A stretch of DNA of 64,000 bases, taken from assembly GCF_003351765.1 (NCBI RefSeq), contig NZ_CP031229.1, forward strand, positions 2,376,916-2,440,915. The letters are read 5' to 3'. A program made the translations under genes and the position numbers. The notes beneath the pieces are model-generated. The model did no database searches. It was not told the DNA's origin and saw only the letters and a list, made by a program, of their open reading frames with translations. This stretch comes from Ornithinimicrobium avium. Its GTDB lineage: Bacteria; Actinomycetota; Actinomycetes; Actinomycetales; Dermatophilaceae. This document shows positions 30,321 to 41,975 of the stretch, in pieces; the first letter of the stretch is position 1; each line of letters opens with the position of its first letter.

Positions 30321-30944
30321 ATGGCCCTCTCAGACGTGTTCGCCAGGCGCAGCGACGGGAGCCCGGAAGCACCTCCCCCGGTCCCTCCACCCCACCGACC
30401 GTCCGTGGCCGAGCAGTTCGCGACCCTGACCCGGCTGGGCCTGGAGCCGCAGGCCGGCGTGACGGCGGCCGACGTGGCCAAGGACCGCGACGCCGCGCTC
30501 CTGCTCAAGCGCCACCCCTACGTGGCGGCCATGCACTGCCTCGCCCGGGACGCCGACGGCGACCTGACGAGCCACCCACGGGTCACCACCGTCGACCTGG
30601 AGCACATCGTCGGACCGGACTCCTACCCCGACCTGCTGCGCAAGCTCTCCACCGCGGCCGGCACGCGCTACCTCCTGCAGGACGTCAGCGGAGGGGTCCA
30701 CCCGGACCGCAGCCGCTGGGTGGTGCGCTTCACCTTCGACGGCCTGACCCGCGAGATCCACCCGCGACTGGACCACGACCGGGCCGACCCCGTCGTGATG
30801 CCGGAGCTCTTCGACGCGGTCGCAGGACCCGGCCAAGGCGCCGCCCACGTCCGTCACGGGCAGACGATCAGCGTGGCCTACGTGCCGCGCCGGCACGTCG
30901 CCGAGCTGCAGCGGGTGCTCGACCAGTGGGCGACCACAGCCTGA
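30321..30944 (+). CDS. Hypothetical protein
   Basis: 207-aa ORF. No recognised motif. Confidence 0.45.
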   Translation: MALSDVFARRSDGSPEAPPPVPPPHRPSVAEQFATLTRLGLEPQAGVTAADVAKDRDAALLLKRHPYVAAMHCLARDADGDLTSHPRVTTVDLEHIVGPDSYPDLLRKLSTAAGTRYLLQDVSGGVHPDRSRWVVRFTFDGLTREIHPRLDHDRADPVVMPELFDAVAGPGQGAAHVRHGQTISVAYVPRRHVAELQRVLDQWATTA

Positions 30945-31167
30945 CCGCCGTCGCCGGCCACGCTTCGCGCTGAGGGGGCGTGGCCGCTCGCTGCTCCACC
31001 GTGCCGGTGCACGTGACGTGGGTCAAGGGCGTGGAGTTCGTCGAGCACTTCGGCGAGGTCGGCGGCGGCACCGGTGGCTACCACGACGACCACGAGCACT
31101 TCGGCCACAGCCAGACGATCCGAGGCCGCGCCGGGACCGGCGTCACCCTCCGGCCGTCGACGAGGCA

Positions 31168-31236
31168 GGACAGACAACGTCCTGCACCACATGCAGCGTC
31201 GCCAGCGCTGCATAGCGTGCAGGACGTTGTCTGTCC
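31168..31236. repeat. Nested palindromic element, copy B: perfect 20-bp inverted-repeat arms (GGACAGACAACGTCCTGCAC / GTGCAGGACGTTGTCTGTCC) enclosing a second inverted repeat (TGCAGCG...CGCTGCA). Lies between convergent genes.
   Basis: Arms at 31168-31187 and 31217-31236. Shares CAACGTCCTGCAC / GTGCAGGACGTTGTCTG with the element at 14586-14650. Confidence 0.8.
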
Positions 31237-31243
31237 CAGGCCG

Positions 31244-32758
31244 CTACCCGTCTGTCTCGACCGGGAGGTCTTCCTCGTCGCCGCGCACGAGCTCGAGCAG
31301 GTCGATGCCGGCCTGGGCCTTGAGCAGCGTCGCCAGCTCCTGGACGCCGTCGGCGACCTGGTGGGTCAGCCGGGAGGCCCCGCCCTTGTCGATGACGGTG
31401 ATGTCGTCGATGCTGCCCAGCGCGTCGGCGTAGGGCTGGGCCATCCTCGGCAGCGCGTCGAGGACCATCTGGAGACGGGCGGACTCGGGGAAGGCCTGGT
31501 AGGCGTCGGACTCGGCCTTGATCGCGGCACCGCGCGCCTCACCCCTGGCGCGCTCGGCGGCCGCGTCCGCCTCGCCGCGGGCCTGGACACCGTCGGCCTC
31601 GGCCCGGGCGAGCGCGAGCGCACCCTCGGCACGGCGCTGCTGCTGCACCAGGTCCGCCTCGGCGCGGGCACGTGCCGCCGAGGCCTCGGCGTCCGCCTGA
31701 GCGGTCGTGCGCTGCGCCTCCGCCTCGGCCTTGCGGATCGCCGCGGTCTTGGCCGCCTCGGCCTCCTGCTCGGCGGCGTACTTGCGGGCGTCTGCCTCCT
31801 GCGCGGCCTCGTACTTGCGGGCCTCGGCCGGCTTGCGCACCTCGGTCTGCAGCTCCTGCTCGCGCAGGGCGGCACGCCGCTGCGCCACGATCTCCTGCTG
31901 CTCGAGCACCGCCTGCTGCGCCTCGGCCACGGCACGCTCCTGCTCGGCCTCGGCGTCGGCCTGGGCCGTCGCGGTCTCCTGGGTGATCTGCGCGTTGCGC
32001 AGCGCCAGGGCCTTGTTGGACTCGGCGATCTGGACGGCCGCCTCGTTGGAGCGCTCGGTGCTCTCCCGGCGGGCCTGGGCCTCGGCGATCTCGGCGTCGC
32101 GCGCCACGGCCGCGGCTCGCGGCCGGCCGAGGTTGCGGATGTAGTCGCCGGTGTCCTCGACGGTCTGGATCTCGAAGTTCTCCAGGACCAGCCCCCGCTC
32201 GGACAGCATGGGGACCGCGATGTCCTTGACCTCCTTGGAGAAGTCCTGGCGCTCGTAGAGGATCGACTCCACCGTCAGCGTGCCGGCGATGGTGCGCAGC
32301 ACACCGACCAGGACCTCGCTGGTCTGCTGCTCGATCACCTGCTCCTGGCTGCGTCCGGCGAAGCGCTGCGCCGCGGCCCGCACCATGCGCTCGGTGCCGC
32401 CGACCTTGACCACCGCGATGCTGCGCAGCGTGACACCCACGCCGCTCTTGGTCGTGGCGTCCTCGGCGGTCACCGAGAAGCTCTGCGAGGCGAGGGAGAG
32501 GCGGGCGACCTGCTCGAAGACGGGCTTGACGAAGGTGCCGCCACCGATCACGACGCGCTGCCCGGACAGGTCGGTGCTCTCCTCCCCGGTCTCCGGGTTG
32601 ATCACCGGGGTCCCGCTCTTGCGGCCGGTGATGATCAGCGCCTCGTCGGGCGTGGCGATCTTGAAGCGCACCTTGGCGTAGACGAAGGCGACGACGGCCA
32701 GGACCAGGAGGACCAGCACGATCGCGGAGACGATCAGGACGGGACGGGCGAACTCCAT
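31244..32758 (-). CDS. Flotillin / SPFH (band-7) domain protein with long Ala/Glu-rich coiled-coil
   Basis: 504 aa from ATG 32758. N-terminal TM helix, SPFH core, then AEAEQERAVAEAQQ... repeats. Confidence 0.8.
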   Translation of the reverse strand: MEFARPVLIVSAIVLVLLVLAVVAFVYAKVRFKIATPDEALIITGRKSGTPVINPETGEESTDLSGQRVVIGGGTFVKPVFEQVARLSLASQSFSVTAEDATTKSGVGVTLRSIAVVKVGGTERMVRAAAQRFAGRSQEQVIEQQTSEVLVGVLRTIAGTLTVESILYERQDFSKEVKDIAVPMLSERGLVLENFEIQTVEDTGDYIRNLGRPRAAAVARDAEIAEAQARRESTERSNEAAVQIAESNKALALRNAQITQETATAQADAEAEQERAVAEAQQAVLEQQEIVAQRRAALREQELQTEVRKPAEARKYEAAQEADARKYAAEQEAEAAKTAAIRKAEAEAQRTTAQADAEASAARARAEADLVQQQRRAEGALALARAEADGVQARGEADAAAERARGEARGAAIKAESDAYQAFPESARLQMVLDALPRMAQPYADALGSIDDITVIDKGGASRLTHQVADGVQELATLLKAQAGIDLLELVRGDEEDLPVETDG

Positions 32759-32881
32759 GGGACTCCTCAGGCAGAGCTGTGGGGCGAGAAGGAGCACCGG
32801 CTGCACCTCAGGGCCCCCTGCGCCGGCCCTGCGGGCCGGACCGGCAGCGCCAACCCTACCTGCGCCCGCCCGGCGACCGGG

Positions 32882-33817
32882 TCACCCGGTGAGCGCCTGC
32901 CTGAGCCGCTCCACCACATACCCCCGCGCCTCCCGACCCGCGGCCAGCCGGTCCCCGTAGAGCAGGAACGTGTGGAACATCCCGGCGGCGCGGTGCACCC
33001 CGACGGGGACGCCGGCGTCGCGGAGGCGCGCGGCATACGCCTCGCCCTCGTCGCGGAGGACGTCGCACCCGGCCGTGACGAAGGTCGCGGGAGCGACCCC
33101 GGAGAGGTCGGCGGCGCGCAGCGGCGCGAGCAGGGGGTCGTCGGGGTCGGTGCCGTGCGGGAGGTACTGCTCGTAGTACCAGTCCATGTCGCGCCGGGTG
33201 AGCGCCGGACCGTGCCCGAAGCGGGCGTAGCTGCCCCACTCCTCGGGCCGTGCGTCGGTCACCGGCACGAGCAGCACCTGGTGGAGCAGACGAGGATGGC
33301 CGCGCAGCTGCTGGGCCGCCACCGCCGCGAGGTTGCCGCCGGCGCTGTCCCCGCCGACGGCGACCGGGAGCCCGTCGAGCTCGAGGCCGGCGCGGTCCTC
33401 CAGCAGCGCCCCGACGACGTCGAGCACGTCCTCGACCGCGGCCGGGAACGGGCGCTCGGGCGGCTGCCGGTAGTCCACGGAGACCACCGCGCAGCCCGCC
33501 CCGTCGGCCAGGTCGCGGCACAGGGCGTCGTGGGTGTCGAGGTCGCCGAGCGCCCAGCCGCCGCCGTGCAGGAAGACCAGCACGCCAGACGGGTCCGGCG
33601 CGGGGAGGTAGACGCGGACCGGCACCGCACCGGACCTGCCGGCCACCTCGTCGTCGCGCACCGACCACAGCTGCGCGCCCGGCCCGAAGGAGCTGATCGC
33701 CTCGAGCATGGCGGCGCGGTTCTCCTCCACCGAGAGCTCGGCGCGCTCGGGCCGCACCGGGGCGGCCGCCAGCAGCTCGACCGCCTCGGGGCTGAGCACT
33801 TCGGAGTCGTCCGTCAC
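32882..33817 (-). CDS. Alpha/beta hydrolase, hormone-sensitive-lipase (Aes-like) esterase family
   Basis: GTG start 33817. HGGGW oxyanion motif and GDSAGG nucleophile elbow. Confidence 0.8.
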   Translation of the reverse strand: MTDDSEVLSPEAVELLAAAPVRPERAELSVEENRAAMLEAISSFGPGAQLWSVRDDEVAGRSGAVPVRVYLPAPDPSGVLVFLHGGGWALGDLDTHDALCRDLADGAGCAVVSVDYRQPPERPFPAAVEDVLDVVGALLEDRAGLELDGLPVAVGGDSAGGNLAAVAAQQLRGHPRLLHQVLLVPVTDARPEEWGSYARFGHGPALTRRDMDWYYEQYLPHGTDPDDPLLAPLRAADLSGVAPATFVTAGCDVLRDEGEAYAARLRDAGVPVGVHRAAGMFHTFLLYGDRLAAGREARGYVVERLRQALTG

Positions 33818-33824
33818 GCGCGAC

Positions 33825-35556
<1,732 letters not shown>

Positions 35557-35603
35557 TCCCTACCTTGCCCCGTCTGGCGCGGGACCGGTAGGGCAGGCAC
35601 GAT

Positions 35604-35969
35604 GTGAGGATGGCCACCTACGAGGTGAACGAGGCGGGCGTGGCGCGCTGCCGGGGGTTGATCGAGGCGCGGCAGTACGTCCTGGACAGCGAGTGGTCGG
35701 AGGTCCAGCCGGACGCCGCAGCGCAGAACGCCTACCTGGAGCGGCACAGCATGGAGGAGTACGCCGCCTGGCACCTCGGTCTCACCGTAGGCGCGACCGA
35801 TCTGACCAAGGGACGCTACGCCTTCGGGTACGGCGACTTCCGGCGCGTGCACCGCTCGGCGCTCATCGCCTGCGTGTTCCGGGCAGCGCAGTGGCGGCAC
35901 AAGGCGGTGGAGCTGGCCGCGCACGACCTGCTCCAGCGCCTCGACGCCCAGGCGCGGATCGGCACCTGA
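35604..35969 (+). CDS. Hypothetical protein
   Basis: 121-aa ORF. No motif recognised. Confidence 0.4.
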   Translation: MRMATYEVNEAGVARCRGLIEARQYVLDSEWSEVQPDAAAQNAYLERHSMEEYAAWHLGLTVGATDLTKGRYAFGYGDFRRVHRSALIACVFRAAQWRHKAVELAAHDLLQRLDAQARIGT

Positions 35970-36003
35970 GCGCCGCCCACCCGGCGGCGGCGACACTGGG
36001 ACG

Positions 36004-36720
36004 ATGGGCAGGAGCGAGGGCAGGGCCGGGTGCGCGACCGTGCTCGGCACCCTCGTGGTCGTCGGGGCGGTCATCGTGGGCGCCGTCGCAGCCTCGCCGC
36101 AGATGGACCTGGCCGACCTGTGGGAGGCCACCGTCGTGGACCCGCACGACGGCGAGGCCGGCTCGGGCGGCGAGGGCTACTCGTTCATGATCACCTCCTC
36201 CTCCGGCAGTCCCGTCACCTGGGGCTGCGACGCCCGCATCGAGATCGAGGTCAACCCCGAGGGGGCACCCAGGGGGTATGCCGAGCCGCTCACCTCCGCG
36301 GTCGCCCGGGTCAACGAGGCCAGCGGCTTCACGTTCGAGGTGACCGGGGAGACGACGGACCGGGACTTCGACGACCGGCACCGCCGGACCGTGCTGCTGG
36401 GCTGGGCCGACGAGGAGGAGGTGCCCGGCCTGGAGGGCACGGTGGCAGGGCTGGGCGGGTCGACCTACCTGACCGGGCCCGGTGGTGGCGGCCGTGCCGT
36501 CGGTGGCTCCGTGGTGGTGGACACCGACGACGGCGGCTGGCTGGGCTTCGGCGGCATCGACCTGGAGGTGCTGCTCGTCCACGAGCTGCTGCACGTGCTC
36601 GGGCTGGGCCACACCGAGGACACGACGCAGCTCATGGCGGCGGAGAACTCCGGCCAGAGCGAGCTCGGCGAGGGCGACCTGGCCGGGCTGGCGGCGCTGC
36701 GGGAGGCGGCCTGCTCGTAG
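36004..36720 (+). CDS. Membrane-anchored metzincin-like zinc metalloprotease, paralogue of 24573..25652
   Basis: N-terminal TM helix. HELLHVLGLGHT zinc motif. Shares VNPEGAPRGY...GDLAGLAAL with the other copy. Confidence 0.7.
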   Translation: MGRSEGRAGCATVLGTLVVVGAVIVGAVAASPQMDLADLWEATVVDPHDGEAGSGGEGYSFMITSSSGSPVTWGCDARIEIEVNPEGAPRGYAEPLTSAVARVNEASGFTFEVTGETTDRDFDDRHRRTVLLGWADEEEVPGLEGTVAGLGGSTYLTGPGGGGRAVGGSVVVDTDDGGWLGFGGIDLEVLLVHELLHVLGLGHTEDTTQLMAAENSGQSELGEGDLAGLAALREAACS

Positions 36721-36784
36721 GACGCCGGGCGCTGGGCCGGAGATCGTCACCGGACGCCACGAGATCGACGCAGCCACCAGTGGT

Positions 36785-37921
36785 CTAGGTGAAGGCTGGT
36801 TCGTAGGGCAGTTCGATCCAGCGGATGCGCGCACCGCCGCCGTCGGCTACGGCGTCGTGCAGGGCGTCGGCGGCGGACCCGATGGAGTCGAAGGCGTCGT
36901 CACCTCCGGAGCGCAGCGCAAGGGTCAGCTCTCCGTCCACCTCGCGCTCGACCGTGACCTTCGCACCGCCGAGGCCGTAGACCTCACCAGGCAGGTGGGT
37001 CACCGACACGCGCTCCAGGACCTTCAGCCACCGCTCGACGGCGGACGACACCGCCGGGTCACTCACATCGACCAGTGCCCGTAGGTCCGCGATCTGGTGG
37101 GCACCCAGCGGGCCGGCCCAGTCGTATTTGAAGTCCCAGCGCGTCATGCTCTGACCGGCAAGGTGCTGACGGCGTCGAGGCCGGAGCGCCGACATCCACG
37201 CGACGGTGTCCTCCCACCAGGGCGCGTCCGCCGCGATGAGCGCCAGGTGGTCGACGCCGGGGAGCGTGCGCAGCTCCACGTCGTCGCCGGCGGAGCGGGC
37301 CGCCGCGACGTAGTCCTGGCTGTGGGCCAGGGGCACCCGCACGTCGGCGTCGCCGTGCACGACGAGGACCGGCACGCCGACGGGGAGCTGGCCGAGCGCG
37401 GACCCGTCGCGCAGCAGCGACTCCTCCTGGCCGGGCGAGGCGGCGACCAGCTCCTCCACCGCGTCGTCGCCGAGGTGCTCCCGGCGGGTCCGGGGCAGGT
37501 CGGTGACCGGCGCGAGCGCCACCACCCCGTCGACGCCGCGCTCCGCCGTGAGCAGGGCGAGCTGCCCGCCGACCGAGTGGCCGACCGTCACCACCGGACC
37601 GGACCACCCGCGCTCGCTGGCCGTGACCACCGCCAGGTCGACCCCGGCGCGGGCGTCGTCGAGGATCACCGGCCAGCTGCCGCCGGCACCGACGCGGCGG
37701 TACTCCACGTTGGCCACCGCCCAGCCCCGCCGCACGAGGTCCGCGGCCATCGGGGCCATGAGATCGCAGGTGAACCTCGCCCGCCAGTAGCCGCCGTGCA
37801 CCAGCACCGCGACGCCCGTCGGGCCGTCGCCGTGCGCCGTCGGTCCGGGCTCGTGGAGCTCGAGCACCTGGTCATCGTGCACGCCATACCGGAGCAGCTC
37901 GCTCATCCGCCCAGTGTGCAC
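36785..37921 (-). CDS. Alpha/beta hydrolase (HGGYW / GHSVGG) fused to a ~130-aa C-terminal domain of unknown function
   Basis: 378-aa ORF. Hydrolase motifs in residues 1-245. The C-terminal part MTRWDFKYDWAGPLGAHQ... is in the same frame with no intervening stop. Confidence 0.6.
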   Translation of the reverse strand: MHTGRMSELLRYGVHDDQVLELHEPGPTAHGDGPTGVAVLVHGGYWRARFTCDLMAPMAADLVRRGWAVANVEYRRVGAGGSWPVILDDARAGVDLAVVTASERGWSGPVVTVGHSVGGQLALLTAERGVDGVVALAPVTDLPRTRREHLGDDAVEELVAASPGQEESLLRDGSALGQLPVGVPVLVVHGDADVRVPLAHSQDYVAAARSAGDDVELRTLPGVDHLALIAADAPWWEDTVAWMSALRPRRRQHLAGQSMTRWDFKYDWAGPLGAHQIADLRALVDVSDPAVSSAVERWLKVLERVSVTHLPGEVYGLGGAKVTVEREVDGELTLALRSGGDDAFDSIGSAADALHDAVADGGGARIRWIELPYEPAFT

Positions 37922-37935
37922 GGCAAGATGGACTC

Positions 37936-39120
37936 ATGCTCGGACAAGAGGTGTTCCTCCTCGACGCCGTGCGCACGCCGTTCGGCAAGCTGCGCGGCGG
38001 CCTGTCCCACGTGCGCACCGACGACCTCGCGGCCACGCCGCTGCGCGAGCTCGTGGCGCGCCACCCGGGGCTGGACCCGGCGAGGATCGAGGACGTCTAC
38101 TACGGCAACACCAACGGCGCCGGCGAGGAGAACCGCAACGTCGCCCGGATGGCCGCGCTCCTGGCGGGCCTGCCGGTCACGGTGCCCGGCGCCACGACGA
38201 ACCGGCTGTGCGCGTCCGGCTCGGAGGCGCTGGTCCAGGCCGCCCGGGCCGTCGCGGTCGGCGACGCCCGGCTCGTCGTCGCCGGCGGCGTGGAGGGGAT
38301 GAGCCGCGCGCCGTACGTCCTGCCCAAGCCTGACGAGGCGCTCCCCCGGCGGATGGAGCTGCACCAGAGCACGGTCGGGTGGCGGATGGTCAACCCCGCT
38401 TTCCCCGAGGCGTGGACGGCGTCGCTGGGCGCCAGCGCGGAGGCCGTCGCGACCGCTCGGGGCATCGACCGGGAGGAGATGGACGAGTATGCCGTGCGCT
38501 CCCACCAGCGCGTCCACGCCGCCTTCGAGGCAGGCCTGCACGACGGGTTCGTCGTACCGCTGGAGGGCGTGGAGCGCGACGAGTCGCTGCGCCCGGAGGC
38601 CTCGATGGAGACCCTCGGCGCCCTGCGGCCGGCCTTCACGCCGGACGGGACGGTCACGGCCGGCAACTCCTCGCCGATCAACGACGGCGCCCTGGCGGCG
38701 CTGGTCGGCACGGCAGAGGTCGCCGAGGAGCTGGACGTGGAGCCGCTCGCGCGGATCGTCGGGTCGCGGACGGTCGCGCTCTCGCCCGAGCTCTTCGCGG
38801 TGGCGCCGGTGCCGGCGGTGCGGCAGCTGCTGGAGCGGACCGGGGTCGGCTTCGACGACGTCGACCTGTGGGAGGTCAACGAGGCGTTCGCGGCGATGGT
38901 GCTCTCGGTCCTGCACGACCTGCCCGAGCTCGACCCCTCGATCGTCAACGTCAACGGCGGCGCGATCGCGATCGGGCATCCCCTTGGCGCGAGCGCACCG
39001 CGCGTCGTGGTCGACCTGGCACGAGAGCTGCGTCGGCGCGGCGGTGGCGTCGGCGTGGCCGCCGCGTGCATCGGGGTGGGCCAGGGCACGGCGGTCATGG
39101 TCGAGGTGCCCCGCGCTTGA
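37936..39120 (+). CDS. Acetyl-CoA C-acyltransferase (thiolase II family)
   Basis: 394 aa. NRLCASG active-site Cys region and C-terminal GHPLGASA / CIGVGQG. Confidence 0.85.
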   Translation: MLGQEVFLLDAVRTPFGKLRGGLSHVRTDDLAATPLRELVARHPGLDPARIEDVYYGNTNGAGEENRNVARMAALLAGLPVTVPGATTNRLCASGSEALVQAARAVAVGDARLVVAGGVEGMSRAPYVLPKPDEALPRRMELHQSTVGWRMVNPAFPEAWTASLGASAEAVATARGIDREEMDEYAVRSHQRVHAAFEAGLHDGFVVPLEGVERDESLRPEASMETLGALRPAFTPDGTVTAGNSSPINDGALAALVGTAEVAEELDVEPLARIVGSRTVALSPELFAVAPVPAVRQLLERTGVGFDDVDLWEVNEAFAAMVLSVLHDLPELDPSIVNVNGGAIAIGHPLGASAPRVVVDLARELRRRGGGVGVAAACIGVGQGTAVMVEVPRA

Positions 39121-39192
39121 GCAGGCAGGGTGGCCTCTGATCCTGGGGCTCTGCAAGAACTCCCACCCGACCGCCCGATACACGCGAGGAGG

Positions 39193-39208
39193 GTGCGTCA
39201 TTCCGCCC
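39193..39208 (+). repeat. Island motif copy a (GTGCGTCATTCCGCCC, degenerate) at the left island boundary
   Basis: Read directly. Followed by the direct repeat TTCCGCCCAcTATGGG / TTCCGCCCAgAATGGG. Confidence 0.6.
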
Positions 39209-39396
39209 ACTATGGGACGCGTCCTTCCGCCCAGAATGGGCTAAGAACGACCTCGCCGAGGACAGCTAGGAATGGGTCCACATTAGGCGGAGGCTCCAAC
39301 GTTCACATTCCGAGGCAGCCCCCGGGACGCCTGCGACCAAGTGCCGTCAGTCGATTAAAGTTCCCGAATTCCTAACTCGAAAGAACAATGAGAAAT

Positions 39397-39417
39397 GTTG
39401 TCGTCAAGCACGACAAC
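39397..39417 (-). terminator. Hairpin GTTGTCGT-caagc-ACGACAAC downstream of the minus-strand gene ending at 39460
   Basis: Perfect 8-bp stem with 5-nt loop in an AT-rich stretch about 45 nt past the stop. Confidence 0.5.
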
Positions 39418-39459
39418 GGCCCCCCCAAACCACCGGAGGGCAGTCGTCCTCTCAGTTGG

Positions 39460-40410
39460 TCAGCCGAGCGTAGTCAGCAGTCTGCCCAAGGCCTCCGCGA
39501 TCGCGATCCCGCCAGATGAGCCGAGCGCGGCCACCGCCGCGCCGGACGCGTTCTCCGCGAGTCGCCTGATCACACCCGGGTCGCGAGGGCCGTTCGCCTC
39601 CGCCTCGATTTCGTCCAGACTCTCAACTACCTTCGCACGGGCTGTCGCGTCATACTCCGGGTTGGCATCTAGCAAGGCCCGCACCGCTTGGACGTCGGCC
39701 AGAACTTGCTGCCTCTGGTCGTTGCTGATCGGAGCGACCATTACATTCTGATCGCCGATCTGAACGTTCCCGCCATGGTTCGTGAACGAGCCATGTACTC
39801 CGCTGCGCTGGTCGTACGTCACCGACGATGAACCCGAGAACAGCGAACCGGTCAGCGACACGTCAGGCCTACCAAGGACTACTCGACCCTTCGGTTCCAG
39901 CCTGGTTCGCACGAAGTCCTGCTGGGCGCTGTGGAACCCGTGGATATACCCCTGAGATTCGAGGACTTTCATGCACGTTTCGCGTTCCTGCTCCGTGACT
40001 TCCGGTAGCCCGGGCATGTGCAGGTTCCATGAAGCGACCTCGGTCCACGTGACGTCCTGGCCCTTCTCGGCCATGTGGCGCAGGATCTCACGAGCCGTGT
40101 GGTCGTAGCGGTCCTGACCGGTCGCCTGCGATTCCTGCAGTTCCCTCACAACCGTCCTCCCCATCGCCGTTGGTTGGTGACCGCCACTCATCCGGCCGCT
40201 TGACCGGAGAAGACCGAGGGCCTCAAGGTCTCTCGTGTGCTCCATCACGTCGCGAGTACCGAGCCCCACCGACTTCCCTGCAGATTCGGTAGAAACGTAC
40301 TCGTTAGGTTCGTCTCCCGGGTTGTCGCCCACGGCTTCAGCTACGGCTGCCAGCAACTTGAACTGGTCGGTGCCCCTAAGCCGTGCTTTCAAAGCAGTCT
40401 TATCCATCAT
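39460..40410 (-). CDS. Hypothetical protein, possibly two tandem winged-helix-like domains plus a C-terminal domain
   Basis: Low-GC ORF. Preferred start MMDKTALKARL at 40410 with a GAAGG RBS. The longest ORF extends to 40509. Confidence 0.5.
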   Translation of the reverse strand: MMDKTALKARLRGTDQFKLLAAVAEAVGDNPGDEPNEYVSTESAGKSVGLGTRDVMEHTRDLEALGLLRSSGRMSGGHQPTAMGRTVVRELQESQATGQDRYDHTAREILRHMAEKGQDVTWTEVASWNLHMPGLPEVTEQERETCMKVLESQGYIHGFHSAQQDFVRTRLEPKGRVVLGRPDVSLTGSLFSGSSSVTYDQRSGVHGSFTNHGGNVQIGDQNVMVAPISNDQRQQVLADVQAVRALLDANPEYDATARAKVVESLDEIEAEANGPRDPGVIRRLAENASGAAVAALGSSGGIAIAEALGRLLTTLG

Positions 40411-40531
40411 TCTCGCCTTCTCGCTCGCCGCCGGAACATGGATATCGGTCGGCGGCCCTCCCGATGTTGTCAAACGGTAGTCTTGCGGACCGACACACCC
40501 CCAGGGCACGGTCTCGGGCGACTCGTCATCG

Positions 40532-40550
40532 GTGCGTCATTCCGCCGCGA
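40532..40550 (+). repeat. Island motif copy b GTGCGTCATTCCGCCGCGA
   Basis: Read directly. Confidence 0.8.
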
Positions 40551-40693
40551 CTAACTGCTCTTCCCCATTGCAGCCAGTTTGGGTCCGCCTGCTCGGCCGT
40601 TGCGAGCGAAGCAGGAATTGGTCCGCGTAGCAGCTTGCCTTGTGGGGGCGACCGGTGATGGACGGTGGCCCTCTGCCACACTCAAAGTGGCGT

Positions 40694-41554
40694 TCAGTGC
40701 TCGAGCCCAGACGTTCTAACGAAGTTCGCTATCGCGATTCCATAAAGGCAGAACGCTAGCCCTGCGGCTACTAGGAAGATCAAGGACAATGAGTCGACTC
40801 TTCCAAACTCAGGGAAGGTCTCCAGTGCCGACGGTACTGGAGAAAGAATATAGGCACAGATAACGAACCCACCGGTCGTAACGCCGCACATGCGAAGGCG
40901 CCGCAAGAGAGTGCGCTCCCTTACACTAGGTGGAGTCTTCCAGGTTCGAACCACGCGAGTGCTGCCGCGGCATCCGAGCCAAACGACAACGAAGACATAC
41001 AAGGAGGTCGGGACGATCGATCTCTCGATCCCGTAGGCGTTGAGTGCGAACACTGTGAATACGGATACCTCGTAGGCAGCGAAAGCGACGAGTGCCATGA
41101 ATACCTCAGCCAGAAGTCGGTCAGAGCCAAATGTCGGCGTCCTTCCCATCGCTTCAAGCGCACCAGCGAAGAGGGCTAACGCCCCAGCCGCCATTAATAT
41201 AACCGCCATGGCCCCGACTGCGCTGCTTCGCGCTACTGCTCGAGAGAGCAGGTCTGAGTCCTGAGACTCCCGTGCAAATTCGCCAAGGTCACTGAGGCTA
41301 GGATGCCCAGTTAGGCCGCCCCAGATGATGGCGGCGAGTATCAAGAAGACGCAGGCCATTAGCAGGAGTTTGAGGACCTGCGCGATTCTCGTCTTGTCGC
41401 CTTCGGTAGAGTTGGGGGCAGCCTTCCAGGACCGCTCAGCAATAATCGACATCAGCACCAAGATGATGCTTGCCAGGACGCCAGATAGCGTACTGTGGGC
41501 AGTTGCTGCCTCGGTGACATCCCATCCCATCAGGCAAGTGTAGTGCCCGCACAT
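40694..41554 (-). CDS. Hypothetical integral membrane protein (6-7 TM)
   Basis: 286-aa hydrophobic ORF in the low-GC region. Confidence 0.5.
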   Translation of the reverse strand: MCGHYTCLMGWDVTEAATAHSTLSGVLASIILVLMSIIAERSWKAAPNSTEGDKTRIAQVLKLLLMACVFLILAAIIWGGLTGHPSLSDLGEFARESQDSDLLSRAVARSSAVGAMAVILMAAGALALFAGALEAMGRTPTFGSDRLLAEVFMALVAFAAYEVSVFTVFALNAYGIERSIVPTSLYVFVVVWLGCRGSTRVVRTWKTPPSVRERTLLRRLRMCGVTTGGFVICAYILSPVPSALETFPEFGRVDSLSLIFLVAAGLAFCLYGIAIANFVRTSGLEH

Positions 41555-41670
41555 GGGCTGCCGTCCTAGCGCGTATCAGTTCGTTGTGTCAATCAGCGAC
41601 TTAAGTTCCGTGCCACACCCACGCGCCGTGCGGTGTCAGGCCCGAATGAGCACCCGCCACCGAACTTCGG

Positions 41671-41688
41671 CGTGTCATTTCGCCGCAA
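41671..41688 (+). repeat. Island motif copy c CGTGTCATTTCGCCGCAAG
   Basis: Read directly. Confidence 0.7.
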
Positions 41689-41975
41689 GTGGCATGCGTG
41701 GCCGGTCGAGGGGGACCAGCCGATGCTGTCCTCTCGTGCACGTGCAGGCCAACGGTCGACGCTCGGGTGGCAGGGCTTGTCGGAGCCCGTCTCTAGCATC
41801 TCGGCATGGCTCAATGCACAGCGCCCGTCGACGGTCACCGCACGGCAAGCCTCCCGGCAAGCGGCCGCACCTGCCGCAGGCGTCGCTCTTACTGCCGCCC
41901 CACCTACCCCAACGCCACTCGGCGCCTGTTTGCGGCACTAAGCGTTGAAGAATCATTTGCGTTGCGGGAGAGGGT

